A DNA stretch of 63,082 nt, filler included, from Octopus bimaculoides (Eukaryota), in the NCBI RefSeq assembly GCF_001194135.2. It is 6 parts of 5 records of this genome, joined end to end, with 100 filler letters (N's around TTAATTAATTAA, not from the genome) between each part and the next. Parts side by side here need not be neighbours in the genome. Positions count along the whole stretch, not along the records: positions 43,920 to 51,392 come from NC_069010.1; positions 51,493 to 57,962 come from NC_068982.1; positions 58,063 to 63,082 come from NC_068982.1; 3 more parts are not named here. One strand, written 5' to 3'. The notes below the pieces were generated by a model, which was given only the letters and a program-made list of their open reading frames with translations, searched no databases and was not told the DNA's origin. Position numbers and translations under genes: made by a program. Shown piece after piece: positions 47,804 through 61,005 of the stretch (within the stretch, counting starts at the first letter, position 1; every line of letters starts with the position of its first letter).

Positions 47804-48766
47804 CACACACATATATATATATATATATACGCACACACTCACACTCACACACACACATATATATATATATATATACACATATAGTTTTAAAGCATATCTA
47901 TTATACTGTTGCTTTTAGCCCTGGGAGAGTGCTTAACCCAACAATCAAAGGCAGTCCAGTCATGACCACTTCATTTTGTTCATATATAGACCATCCATAA
48001 CTACATTATCCCCTTTTGACAGTATAATCTAACTTGAGGGAGATTTGGTTGCTATTTCTAGCTTCTGATATAAAGCTGAAATGAAGTAAATGTTGTCTAG
48101 ATAGAGAAAGAAAATCCCTTGCCCTGCTTTGCTAGAAATAGTAGCTAAATATACTTCAATCCACAGTCACACCACTTCCGATCATAGCTTTGCCAGCTCA
48201 GGACTGGACTGACCTAGGGCTAAACAACAAGCATCACATTAGATCATGTAGTTCTAGATATACTCTCTCTAAAGATAAGATGGAAAGGGCAAGGCTGGAA
48301 AGCCTCTGATCTTAGAATCTAGGTTGTTCTATGATTAAACAATGAAAAGGAAGGACACATTAGATAATGTAACCCTAGGTCCCCCCCCCCCTCACAGAAT
48401 ACAAACTAATAGTATACCAATTAAGAAAAATACCATCCCTATAATAGACAAGGGGACAAAAGGAAGGTACTGTCTTGATATGATAAGGGTTTTAGTTTGA
48501 AATTCAGAAAGAAGGCTGGAAGTTACAACAGCCAAAACATAAGAAGAAGAGGTTACTCTTCAAACATATATACCCATTGTGGCCCCTAAACTCTAATTAT
48601 TCCCTCCCTCCTACCCTTTCTTATTCAGCCTTATATATCTATTGCAGTACTAGACACCTTTTCTTCAACCAAACACACATCCCCCACATAAATGTATTAA
48701 TCAATGAAATTCCAACTTAAGTCTGATTTTTCACATTTTATTATTTGCAATTCTTATAATTTTAAA

Positions 48767-49207
48767 AATATTGTTTTCTACTCTAGGCACAAGGCCCGAA
48801 TTTTTTGAGGAGCGGTGAGTGGGGGGAGTCGTTTAGATCAACCTGCTACTTAATTTATCGACCCCGAAAGGATGGAAGGCAAAGTGAACTTTGGTGGAAT
48901 TTGAACTCAGAATGTAGCGACAGGTGAAATAGCACTAAGCATTTTGTCTGGCGTGCTAACATTTCTTATTTCTTTACTGCCCACAAGGGGCTAAACATAG
49001 AGGGGGGCAAACAAGGACAGACAAAGGGATTAAGTCGATTACATCAACCCCAGTGCATAACTGGTCCTTAATTTATCGACCCCCGAAAGGATGAAAGGCA
49101 AAGTCGACCTCGGCGGAATTTGAACTCAGAACTTAACGGCAGAAGAAATACCGCTAAGCGTCTTGCCCGGCGTGGTAACGTTTCTTATTTCTTTATTGCA
49201 CACAAGG
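48767..49207 (-). mobile_element. SINE family 2 multimer (at least three units)
   Basis: One unit with the ggccttgtgcctagagtagaaa tail (48767-48962) is preceded by units with the gtgggcaataaagaaataa tail (48963-49180, then a partial unit into the gap). Confidence 0.85.
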
Positions 49208-50050
49208 NNNNNNNNNNNNNNNNNNNNNNNNNNNNNNNNNNNNNNNNNNNNNNNNNNNNNNNNNNNNNNNNNNNNNNNNNNNNNNNNNNNNNNNNNNNNN
49301 NNNNNNNNNNNNNNNNNNNNNNNNNNNNNNNNNNNNNNNNNNNNNNNNNNNNNNNNNNNNNNNNNNNNNNNNNNNNNNNNNNNNNNNNNNNNNNNNNNNN
49401 NNNNNNNNNNNNNNNNNNNNNNNNNNNNNNNNNNNNNNNNNNNNNNNNNNNNNNNNNNNNNNNNNNNNNNNNNNNNNNNNNNNNNNNNNNNNNNNNNNNN
49501 NNNNNNNNNNNNNNNNNNNNNNNNNNNNNNNNNNNNNNNNNNNNNNNNNNNNNNNNNNNNNNNNNNNNNNNNNNNNNNNNNNNNNNNNNNNNNNNNNNNN
49601 NNNNNNNNNNNNNNNNNNNNNNNNNNNNNNNNNNNNNNNNNNNNNNNNNNNNNNNNNNNNNNNNNNNNNNNNNNNNNNNNNNNNNNNNNNNNNNNNNNNN
49701 NNNNNNNNNNNNNNNNNNNNNNNNNNNNNNNNNNNNNNNNNNNNNNNNNNNNNNNNNNNNNNNNNNNNNNNNNNNNNNNNNNNNNNNNNNNNNNNNNNNN
49801 NNNNNNNNNNNNNNNNNNNNNNNNNNNNNNNNNNNNNNNNNNNNNNNNNNNNNNNNNNNNNNNNNNNNNNNNNNNNNNNNNNNNNNNNNNNNNNNNNNNN
49901 NNNNNNNNNNNNNNNNNNNNNNNNNNNNNNNNNNNNNNNNNNNNNNNNNNNNNNNNNNNNNNNNNNNNNNNNNNNNNNNNNNNNNNNNNNNNNNNNNNNN
50001 NNNNNNNNNNNNNNNNNNNNNNNNNNNNNNNNNNNNNNNNNNNNNNNNNN

Positions 50051-50088
<38 letters not shown>

Positions 50089-51739
50089 CTAGTGTTGTCC
50101 TAAAGACAATAAAACTTCCCCTTCTGTCCCTTCTTATCCCAATATAACTACTGTTGGCTTAAACACTAAATACATCCCTCTTCAAACATACACATCCACT
50201 GTTATTTGAAGCACTACACACACACACACACTACATGCCCACACACGCACACCCTCTTGTTCCCTTTTTTCAAGCTTCCCCTGCTGCCCTCCCTTATTCA
50301 ACTTTATATACTTGCTGTAATCCTAAAGACTATAAATATCCCTTTTAAGACCCCCTTTGTTTTTCAATCCTAAATAACCATTGTTACCCTAAACACTTTA
50401 CACACACACACACATCCTCTCTTGCTCCTCTTTTCAAACTGCCCCTCTTCACCTCTCCCATGCAACCCTATATACTCACTGTTGTCCCAAACACTATATA
50501 CACATATATATCCCTTGCCTCTTCTTTTTCAACCCTATATACCGGTTATTGCCTTAAATGCTATAAATCTCCCTTTTTGCCCCTATTTTCAACTCTATAT
50601 TATACCCAGCATTTCCCTAAACACTAAATCACTTCTCTTTCTTACAAAACTCTTTGCTCAAAGCAACATTACACCTAAAATTATACTAATGTGTCCATCT
50701 GTTCTAATTTAATTAAATTCTATGTCTCTGTGCAGCTGAGGATTGCTCTGCATTTAAATTGATGTAATGATTGCATTGTTCAATTAAATGGAGTTGCATG
50801 AAACAATCATACTGCATTACATCTGGATATCCTTGTTGCGTATTTTGATTTTAATCACCTTATTTTGAAACTATATGGATAACACAGTACTAAATTCCTT
50901 GTTACTTATGTGGTTTTGATTCACCTTATTTTGAGCTGTGCAGATAATATCAGACTGACTTGGTGCCTCAACTTAAGCACCTAATTGAACTGAATCTTAA
51001 CTATTTCTTATGTATATATATATATCTGCATACATGCATATATGTATATCATCATCATCATCGTTTAACGTCCGCTTTCCAAGCTAGCATGGGTTGGACG
51101 ATTTGACTGAGGACTGGTGAAACCGGATGGCAACACCAGGCTCCAATCTAATTTGGCAGAGTTTCTACAGCTGGATGCCCTTCCTAACGCCAACCACTCA
51201 GAGAGTGTAGTGGGTGCTTTTACGTGTCACCCACATGAAAACGGCCACACTCGAAATGGTGTCTTTTATGTGCCACCCGCACAAGACCCAGTCCAGGGGC
51301 ACTGGCAACGATCTCGCTCGAAAACCCTACAAGGCCAGTCAGGCGGTACTGGCAACGGTCACGCTCAAGATGGTACATCTTATGTGCCACCCNNNNNNNN
51401 NNNNNNNNNNNNNNNNNNNNNNNNNNNNNNNNNNNNTTAATTAATTAANNNNNNNNNNNNNNNNNNNNNNNNNNNNNNNNNNNNNNNNNNNNTATATATA
51501 TATATATATATATTGCTAGAAACTTCCTGTCTCTTGAGGACCTCTCAACATTCTGATACCTCACTGACAGTTGTTTGTTGAACATAAGTTTCATACTTAG
51601 CAATTATTAAAGAGCTAAAATTACTTCCAGCTTCATACACCTCTGCTAAAAATATAAAACAGGTGAGCTCATATCCTAGCAACACCCACAATTACTGACA
51701 TTATACCACCTACACACACATACGGAGGAGTTTTTGTCA

Positions 51740-52050
51740 TTACAAGATGGTGGTACATAGAACAATATCAACAGCAGGCTCTATTACCAGAAATTCTAAA
51801 CCGCCTTATACAAACAACTTCAAATGACGGTACGAACAACATCTGAAAATCTTTCGGTGAACAAACAACTTCAGAATCGCATTTCATACGTATGATTAGT
51901 AACTTCAAACATAACGACTTGTTGCAATATGGCGTATTGTTAAAAGCTCTCTACACACTGGTGAGCTGTGGTTGTAGTCTTTACCTATGAGAAGAGATGT
52001 GTCTTGTAATGATTGCAAATATCGTTCAGAAATTTATTCACGATGTTTTC
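51740..52050 (+). mobile_element. Penelope-like element, GIY-YIG endonuclease remnant
   Basis: VVHRTIS...NNFK*RYEQHLKIF...IWRIVKS...CSLYL*EEM...KYRSEIYSRC, similar to the C-terminal pattern of Penelope endonucleases. Confidence 0.55.
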
Positions 52051-52974
52051 TAGCAACTGTCATCAATATCTCAAGGTGTGTGTCAATTTCGTTTTATCTA
52101 GTAAATAATATTAGGAAAATTTGCAGATTTAAAATCTTGGAGTGGTTAATCGCGACTGAATTGCTTATCTTGCGACCTATAAAATTAAATAATGACCCAC
52201 GATAATTTCTTCCAAATGTCTCCCAAAATTTCCCCTTGCGTGGCGAGTGAGTTACAAGATTCCAAGCCTAACAGTGTAGCGGCTGCAAAGATCTAATCGA
52301 CAAAACAAACTGAGTAATTATTCTATAAGTACTTATCTGTCAATTTGCAAATACAAATTGCCTGTAATGTACTGAATAAGTACAGCTTTCAGTCAGTTTT
52401 AAGCTTAGACACACGTACATGATCACGTATGCATAAACACACAGACACACACAAACATACATATATGAATATATATAAATGCCCACACACATATGCTATA
52501 TACACATTATTTCCTTCTTTTCTTCTATATCGCTATTTCCTTCAGTGTATATCTGCGTATGTGTGTGTGTGTTGTGCGTGCGTGCGTGTGTGTTGATGTA
52601 TCTATATATAGAGACGAAGCGTCAGGGTAAGAGGAGACAGGCAGGGTAACAGAGACAGAGTTTGAGACTAAGTCTTAATAAGTGCTAGAGATAAAGTAGA
52701 AATGATTTTAGCCTTTTCAATAAACTAGTGATTTTTGAATGGTATGATATACTTCATTGTTCTGTTCGCGGTAATTTTCCTGCTTCTTTGTTGATTAACG
52801 GTTAAATAGATGTCACTCAGTGAACATTCTACTCAAGAACTGATTGTATTTGAAGTTTTGTGAATACAAATTTTGCTGGCTCTTGAGAAAGAATTTATAA
52901 AATAAGGTGGTATATTCAAAACGATAGATGACATGAGAGAAAATCTGAACAATAGTAAAATTGTAAGACACATA

Positions 52975-53120
52975 TCGCCAAACAAACAGCAATAAAACGA
53001 ACAACAGCAAAAACAACAGTAATAACTGCTACTGCCACAACTACTACTACCACTACTACAGCTACTATTATCACTACTAAATTTGCTGCTGCTACTACTT
53101 TTACTACTACTGCCACCAGT
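52975..53120. repeat. (AAC/ACT/GCT)n compound microsatellite
   Basis: Direct reading. Confidence 0.85.
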
Positions 53121-54829
53121 AACTGTAATTTCACAGTTGAAAACGATAAAGAATAACAACAGCCACTACTGAAACAACGAACAATGCAAAAAGTATGAAA
53201 TTTGAAGACACATGGAATAAAGAAGATTAATGAATATTTATGATTGAAAACTAACAATCAATTGATTGCTAGGTTAATTCTCAAGATAATTTTCATTGTT
53301 TGTTGTTATTAAATTATGACACTTAATTCCTCTGTGGTTCAAGAGATAAGAATATAAATGGCAAGGAAGAAAAGTGAAGGAAACACTGCACGTTTGTGGA
53401 GGCAAGCTACGCTCATGTCCATCGATAATGACCTCAGAGAAATTATTCTTTCAAACTGTGAAATCAGTCATAATTTAACTTGATACTGTTGTGATCTTTA
53501 CTCAAGATACTTTTCTTTTTATCTCACTAACAACACCACATAGGCCATCATTAATAAACTCATTTTATGTCACACTTTATATTTTCTGTATCTACAAAGT
53601 TTCATTGTAAAAATACATTGTTTTAAAATTCCTCTCTGAAATTATTCTTCGATATAGCCTCTTCAAACTATGATGTACAAATATAAATTCTATAGTAACA
53701 CTTCTTCTCTGTCAGCTTAATGTTCCAATAAGTGAAATCATGATCATACATATAATCAATCATAACTTAGAATGAATACATGATACGTTTTAAAAGTATT
53801 TGTGGTATTTGTTGTAATACTGAAGTAGTTAGCGTAAGATTTATAACTTGACAATCGTATATCTTAAATATATGTTTCTTCAAATCATCGCAATGTTTCT
53901 TTTGTTACACACGTAAAATGAGAAACTCCATGCGATGATCGATTGAAGTCATTTCATTATACGTTGGCCACTTCCATACCTCGAATTGTTAGATAATGTT
54001 TATCTGAATTGTTTAAAAAAGCATCATATTTTTACAAGCGTGATAGGAGTTAGTTGCTTGGCTCAACGTACACTTAATATCAGCCATCATATTTTAGCAA
54101 CAGCGAAAATGTAACTACTTGACAAATTCAACAAAATGCAGCATAAATTAAAAAAATTCTAATAAAATGTGTATGTATTAGAGTCCACGAAACAGATTGC
54201 CAATTATAGTAACATCAGGCTGTACATATCTTATCCCTCATATCACATGTCTGTGCCCCCAAATTATCTCTTGAAGACTATATTTTTCAAATATCCATTG
54301 TGCTGTGTTGCAAAATCGCTTAACAAGTATTTATGTAGATTTATATTTCAATTAACGAAACATGGAATTTAGCATTTTCCAAATTTGTGATTGCTTTATT
54401 GTTTCTCTGGCGCACCGAGAGACAGCAAAACGTTATTACGTGGCATTTTGAAAAAGGTGCAGAGGAGGCGAAACTAAATACGAGAATGCAGTTAATATTT
54501 TTCTAATATTTCTCCTATTACAATAGCATTTCACCAATGAATACTTACAATATTATCTCCTATTACATCACTAGTTGTTTGAGCGAGAATTGAGTCACAT
54601 ACCATCAGTATATCCTCATCGATAGACAGGTAACCTTTCCGGAAAAGAGGAAAGACTTGGGCATGTACTGAATGTGATGTTTATTCCTTTAAAACAGTGG
54701 TGTAAAGCGTAAATTTTCTTTTGCCTAATAAAATCACAATAATTGAATATTAGTAGAAAATATCAATGAATATGTCGATATATGAGGCAATTCTACGATT
54801 GGAATCCTCGAGATGTCAATGGTTTATTC

Positions 54830-55080
54830 TGTAACATTCATGAAAATTTTCTGCCATGTTGTCTATATCTGGGCTAAAAGCAAAAAGGAAGGAATGCAGA
54901 AAAAACAATTCGCTTCTACGGATATCAAAGAATGAAATATCTGTTAAAAGGCAGTCTAGAATTTGAATGTTTTTAAATGCAGAAACTTGGAAAGAAAGGA
55001 TTTCGGTCTCACACTTGGGTTTTGGAAACATAGGACTGACAGTTGCTATATGGCGACTAGATATTTTAACCATTATCATA
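54830..55080 (+). mobile_element. Possible very old RLE-type LINE C-terminal remnant
   Basis: HVVYIWAKSKKE...ASTDIKE...ETWKERISVSHLGFGNIG loosely resembles PDIVIWD..KK.C...A.P.D...W....P.VVG.LG. Confidence 0.3.
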
Positions 55081-55981
55081 CAAATTCCGGTAAAGTAACA
55101 TACAAATTGAATTGATACATACTACAAGAGATAACATTAATATATTAATATAGTCTATGTTAATCTATTATACATTATATATATATACATATGTATATAT
55201 ATATATATTGATATAGATATATGTATGAATATATCCTTGCAGAATCACAATGAAATATAAAGACGAATTTTGAACTCAAATTATAAAACGATAGAATGTA
55301 ATACTACAAAATATTTGATAAGGAAACTAGCTACTCTAAACTCAGAAACCAAGTATCCACCGAAACTTTTAGACCATGAAATGACACCTCAAAACGATAT
55401 CTTAAAGTCTGAAAAAGGACGTAATGCTTATTAAGAATATTAAACATATACCAATGTATAGCAATATTCTGATCAAATAAACTTGCTTTGCTCTATTGTT
55501 TAGTTTTCCATCAAACATCTAAAACATGAAAAGCTGAGAATTAAATTCAATATTGTTGATTAGAAATTAAATGATCAGCGAATTTGCGCTGATTGTTAAT
55601 ATATGAAAAGATAACTTTGTAGAGATAGAGATTCTAAAGCTCTTTGACAACATATTATAATAGTAATCTTTGATAATTCTTCAAACGTTCCATTAGAAAA
55701 AGACAGAATAATGAAATTAATAAACACACTCAAACGCATTTACCCCCATTCATGGAGAAAATGTTTGTTCATAGACTCATAGTTAAACATAAAGAAGCAG
55801 AGATTGAAGCAATTTAATATGTATATTTCCATGTTAGTATTTCATAGTTAATGTCTGTATGTAGAAAATTATGTGTCTGGGTATATGAGAGCGATATAAA
55901 CAAAAACATACTAAACATTGAGTTGTATATATTCAAGAAACCCGTACGCAGTAGAACACAGATAATTGTTTAGATTCCATG

Positions 55982-56021
<40 letters not shown>

Positions 56022-56404
56022 TGAGTGTGTGTTTGTATACATACAATATATACGCACAGGCACATACATGTGATGCTTATGCTCTAATGATATAAATCAA
56101 TTTATATATGTATATATATATAAATACTTGAGTATATATATAAGAAGGGTAGCAAAACTATACAGAGTTATACTACCAGTGGCCTAGCATGTAAAAAAAG
56201 TAAATAGACAACATATTCAATATAAAGTATAAGAGACATTCACCATAACAGGTAACTTCTACACGCTAGAAGGCAGTCAAAAACGACCGAAAACCACAAG
56301 GTAAAACATTTGAAAGTAAAACATTGATCGTATGTACGTGCTGCACCTTAGCTCACTCCATCCATCAAATCAATATTGACTTAACAGGTACACGGTGTAT
56401 CACA

Positions 56405-56520
56405 CGCCACGAGTCGAGGTGATCGCAAAGCAATGTGAGATGAAGTAATTTTCTCAAGAACACAACACACCACCCAGTATCGGAATTAAAACCACGATCT
56501 CGCGATGATAGGCACAAACC
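56405..56520 (-). mobile_element. tRNA-derived SINE head fragment
   Basis: Reverse complement of ...gagatgaagtaattttctcaagaacacaacacaccacccagtatcggaattaaaaccacgatctc; B-box-like ggttttaattcc. Confidence 0.6.
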
Positions 56521-58062
56521 TTTAATAAATATATCTTTTATTTTTTTCATTTTACTTGCTTTAGTCGTTACACAAAGGTCGTACTTGGACAAAGCCTTGA
56601 AAGATTTAGTTGAATATATCTATGCCAGTATCCTACGTATAATCTCGTCTCCTTTGTGCCGAATCGATAGATGACTGATACCTAAGCATATTAGTGCGTG
56701 AATTGTCAAGACGTGGTTGACGGGAAACTGAAAAAGAATGACGCACGCATATTAGTATATACNNNNNNNNNNNNNNNNNNNNNNNNNNNNNNNNNNNNNN
56801 NNNNNNNNNNNNNNNNNNNNNNNNNNNNNNNNNNNNNNNNNNNNNNNNNNNNNNNNNNNNNNNNNNNNNNNNNNNNNNNNNNNATATATATATATATATA
56901 TACGATGCGTGTGTGCTTGTGTATATATGTGTGCGTATTGCTGATGAGAAAGAGACATGCATATGTGAATGTATTTGTGTGCGGTTATGTGTGTAAATTT
57001 CTAAGAATACGTGAGTTGAAAGAGTAAATGGCAATACTCGCTTGCTCCAAATAATAAATTCGTGCCGACGTGAACCATCAACAGTCAACTCTTTTATCTT
57101 TTTAATATATACATGCGTGTATCTTATATATATATGTGTGTGTGTGCGTGCGTGTGTGTGTATACACAAAAATATATATATGTATATATACATGTATGTG
57201 TATTTCCATGTGTTTGTATTAATGTGTACCAATATTTGTCACAGCATGCTCGAGTGGTCCGCAAAATTTATAGTTAGATATGAATATGATATGAAATGGA
57301 CTACTTTATTTAAAATATGTATGGGGCTATATGGAGCTGTTGTGTTAGTATTTGAAATCGTCGAGTAATATATTTACTGAATGAAGGAAAATATTGTCCA
57401 TTAACTCATATCATTTCATTCCTTTGTGTGTGTGTGTGTATGTGTGTGTATGTGTGTGTGTATGTGCGTGCGTGCGTGTGTGTGTGTGTTTGTGTATGTG
57501 TGTGTGTGTTTGTGTGTGTGTGTACTACAAATACATATGTATGCACAAAGAGAGTGAAAGAGAGAGACTGTAGTTACGACAAATACACCAAATACAATGC
57601 AATGTGTGGGTATAGATAGCGAAAAAGGATATTAAAACAATTCTGGAGTCAAAATATCTTGCTATGTGGAGCGGAACCAAGATTTACAGCAATAATAGAC
57701 TTCTTTGTTCTTTCTTACTTTATCCTTCTTCAGTCAGTGGACTGCATCCATGATGAATAACAGACTTGCAATGTTGAGTCGAACATTTTTTCTAAGTGTG
57801 GAAATTATTTCTTTGTCTCTTTGACTGAACTGCTAAGAACACAACACACCACCCGGTATAGGAATTTTGAGAAAAGAACATACGTACATGCATATATATA
57901 TACACACATATATAGAACATCATATATACATATATATAAATATATATAAATATATATATATANNNNNNNNNNNNNNNNNNNNNNNNNNNNNNNNNNNNNN
58001 NNNNNNTTAATTAATTAANNNNNNNNNNNNNNNNNNNNNNNNNNNNNNNNNNNNNNNNNNNN

Positions 58063-58628
58063 AAAGGTAGTCTTTTCAACTGTTTACAAACAGCCAGACT
58101 GAAATAATTAATGCATTCTTCCAGAAGATGGGCCACAGCAAATGTTCTGTTCAATACCGCAAATCTGCTTGTCAGTTGTTTGACCTTAACCAGCTGAGCA
58201 TGTCCCTTAGTGGCTGATGATATGTGCATCTCTGATCATGAGCAGAAGTAGTGGGGGAGCATCATAGCCATGTGTTGAGAGGAATTCTTTGGGGTTTGAA
58301 TAAATCACCTTTGGAAACATTGGTGTTTTGCTCAACATCCTTAAACAAACCTTATTCAGGGACCTTTTAAGTGGATCGGCTACTCGACCTGAAGAAGATT
58401 CTAACTGGGCCCCACCTGTGAGGTCATGCGCTGTTTATCTTGATATGAGATCACCATGTCGCACACATATGGTTGTGATGCATGTGCCTGGTGTACCCTT
58501 ATCAGACGGGTAGTCATGATGGGTATACTGGGCTTCGTATATTTTACCCCAGTGTCACTTTGATGGCATGCACTACTCTCTCACTCAATAATAATAATAA
58601 TAATAATAATGATAATAATAATAATAAC
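58063..58628 (+). mobile_element. 3' part of a retroposon ending in an (AAT)n tail
   Basis: Complex sequence ending ...ggcatgcactactctctcactc(aat)n; the 5' end is cut by the spacer; family not identified. Confidence 0.55.
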
Positions 58629-58819
58629 AAACTAAGGAAAGAAATTCCTTCAAAGGAGTGTATAAAACATCCAATTCACTGGTACGTCAGTTGAATACCA
58701 CATAAATAGGGGTATAATGCAAATTACAAACAATAAATTAAATAGAGAGATTCAATTGACAATCTAATAATTTATTTGTATTACAATATAACATAATATA
58801 CAATGAATGTAATATAATT

Positions 58820-58970
58820 ATTTGTTTCTACTCTAGGCACAAGGCCCGAAATTTTGAGAGAAGGGGACCAGTCAATTAGATCGACCCTAGTTCGCAACTG
58901 GTACTTAATTTATCGACCTCGAAAGGATGAAAGGCAAAGTCGACCAAGGAGGAATTTGAATTCAGGACGT
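58820..58970 (-). mobile_element. SINE family 2 copy
   Basis: ttctactctaggcacaaggcccgaaatt...ggtacttaatttatcgacctcgaaaggatgaaaggcaaagtcgac. Confidence 0.85.
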
Positions 58971-60654
58971 AAATAACAAAAAATTATTAAACACCGAAAA
59001 ACCCAACAATTTGTTTCGATTCATATACATTATATAAATGTATACATTATATATACATTATATATATTATNNNNNNNNNNNNNNNNNNNNNNNNNNNNNN
59101 NNNNNNNNNNNNNNNNNNNNNNNNNNNNNNNNNNNNNNNNNNNNNNNNNNNNNNNNNNNNNNNNNNNNNNNNNNNNNNNNNNNNNNNNNNNNNNNNNNNN
59201 NNNNNNNNNNNNNNNNNNNNNNNNNNNNNNNNNNNNNNNNNNNNNNNNNNNNNNNNNNNNNNNNNNNNNNNNNNNNNNNNNNNNNNNNNNNNNNNNNNNN
59301 NNNNNNNNNNNNNNNNNNNNNNNNNNNNNNNNNNNNNNNNNNNNNNNNNNNNNNNNNNNNNNNNNNNNNNNNNNNNNNNNNNNNNNNNNNNNNNNNNNNN
59401 NNNNNNNNNNNNNNNNNNNNNNNNNNNNNNNNNNNNNNNNNNNNNNNNNNNNNNNNNNNNNNNNNNNNNNNNNNNNNNNNNNNNNNNNNNNNNNNNNNNN
59501 NNNNNNNNNNNNNNNNNNNNNNNNNNNNNNNNNNNNNNNNNNNNNNNNNNNNNNNNNNNNNNNNNNNNNNNNNNNNNNNNNNNNNNNNNNNNNNNNNNNN
59601 NNNNNNNNNNNNNNNNNNNNNNNNNNNNNNNNNNNNNNNNNNNNNNNNNNNNNNNNNNNNNNNNNNNNNNNNNNNNNNNNNNNNNNNNNNNNNNNNNNNN
59701 NNNNNNNNNNNNNNNNNNNNNNNNNNNNNNNNNNNNNNNNNNNNNNNNNNNNNNNNNNNNNNNNNNNNNNNNNNNNNNNNNNNNNNNNNNNNNNNNNNNN
59801 NNNNNNNNNNNNNNNNNNNNNNNNNNNNNNNNNNNNNNNNNNNNNNNNNNNNNNNNNNNNNNNNNNNNNNNNNNNNNNNNNNNNNNNNNNNNNNNNNNNN
59901 NNNNNNNNNNNNNNNNNNNNNNNNNNNNNNNNNNNNNNNNNNNNNNNNNNNNNNNNNNNNNNNNNNNNNNNNNNNNNNNNNNNNNNNNNNNNNNNNNNNN
60001 NNNNNNNNNNNNNNNNNNNATATATATATATATATATACACACACACATACATACCATAGGGCTTCTTCCAGTTTCTGCCTACCACACATCCACTCACAA
60101 TTAGATTTTTCAAGAAAACCTACTCAAAACACCCGGAGAAGTATTTACTACAACAATTCAACATCTACTCAATTCCATGAATTAAGAAACAATTGCCTTT
60201 TTTTCACATGTACAATTTCCATGGAAATGAAAGCAAGCAGTTCAAGGTTATTTCATTCTGTTATTCTGAAAGTGGAATAAAAGAATGAAATAACATGGTG
60301 ACATTTTGACTTGGATGCAGTTGATGAATTAAATAGTAATGAATAGATCAGTAACGAATGAATTGACAATGAATTGACCAGGGCTGAATTGCTAAATTGA
60401 CTGACTATGACATCCTAGCACCATGTCTATATATATATAGTATACATATGTGTGTGCCTGTGTATATATATATGTATATATTTATGTATGTGTGTGTGTA
60501 TGTATGTTCGAGACATACACACTTCACGTCTGGCTGTACAGCCTTTTGTTTGTTNNNNNNNNNNNNNNNNNNNNNNNNNNNNNNNNNNNNNNNNNNNNNN
60601 NNNNNNNNNNNNNNNNNNNNNNNNNNNNNNNNNNNNNNNNNNNNNNNNNNNNNN

Positions 60655-60707
60655 GAATCAGGGTTCGATTCCGGAGAGGGAGCATGCGAAACGGCTACCA
60701 CATTCAA
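60655..60707 (+). pseudogene. 18S rRNA fragment (truncated)
   Basis: GAATCAGGGTTCGATTCCGGAGAGGGAGCATGCGAAACGGCTACCACAT matches the universal 18S segment (...GGGAGCCTGAGAAACGGCTACCACATCCAAGG). The match stops at ~60707 and the 5' side is a gap. Confidence 0.85.
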
Positions 60708-60877
60708 CTCACGCGATCTATTGAGTCTCATCTCGCGAACGACACGATCCGCCCTTTCGAGGCAGACATCTGTTTTCCCGCCGTCCCCTTTTCTCTATTG
60801 TTTCACGAGAGAAACCGCGAACTGGCTGAGACAAAGCGCGGGCAAACGGCAGGAGTAACTATTTCTCTTTATGACTG

Positions 60878-60920
60878 GAAGAAGAAGAAGAAGAAGAAGA
60901 AGAAGAAGAAGAAGAAGAAG
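60878..60920. repeat. (GAA)n microsatellite
   Basis: Direct reading. Confidence 0.95.
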
Positions 60921-61005
60921 ATGGGCTACGGAGCTTCGTCCGTTGCTCTTGTCTCAACGTGCGTCCGTTCTGCCGAAGAGCAACGGACGAAGCTCCGTAG
61001 CCCTT

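Noticed and set aside
53250-53700. Possible decayed PIF1/Helitron helicase on the minus strand (FINDGLCGVV..., KRAVFPSL...)
   Set aside because: The resemblance is too weak and stop-riddled to support without a profile search.
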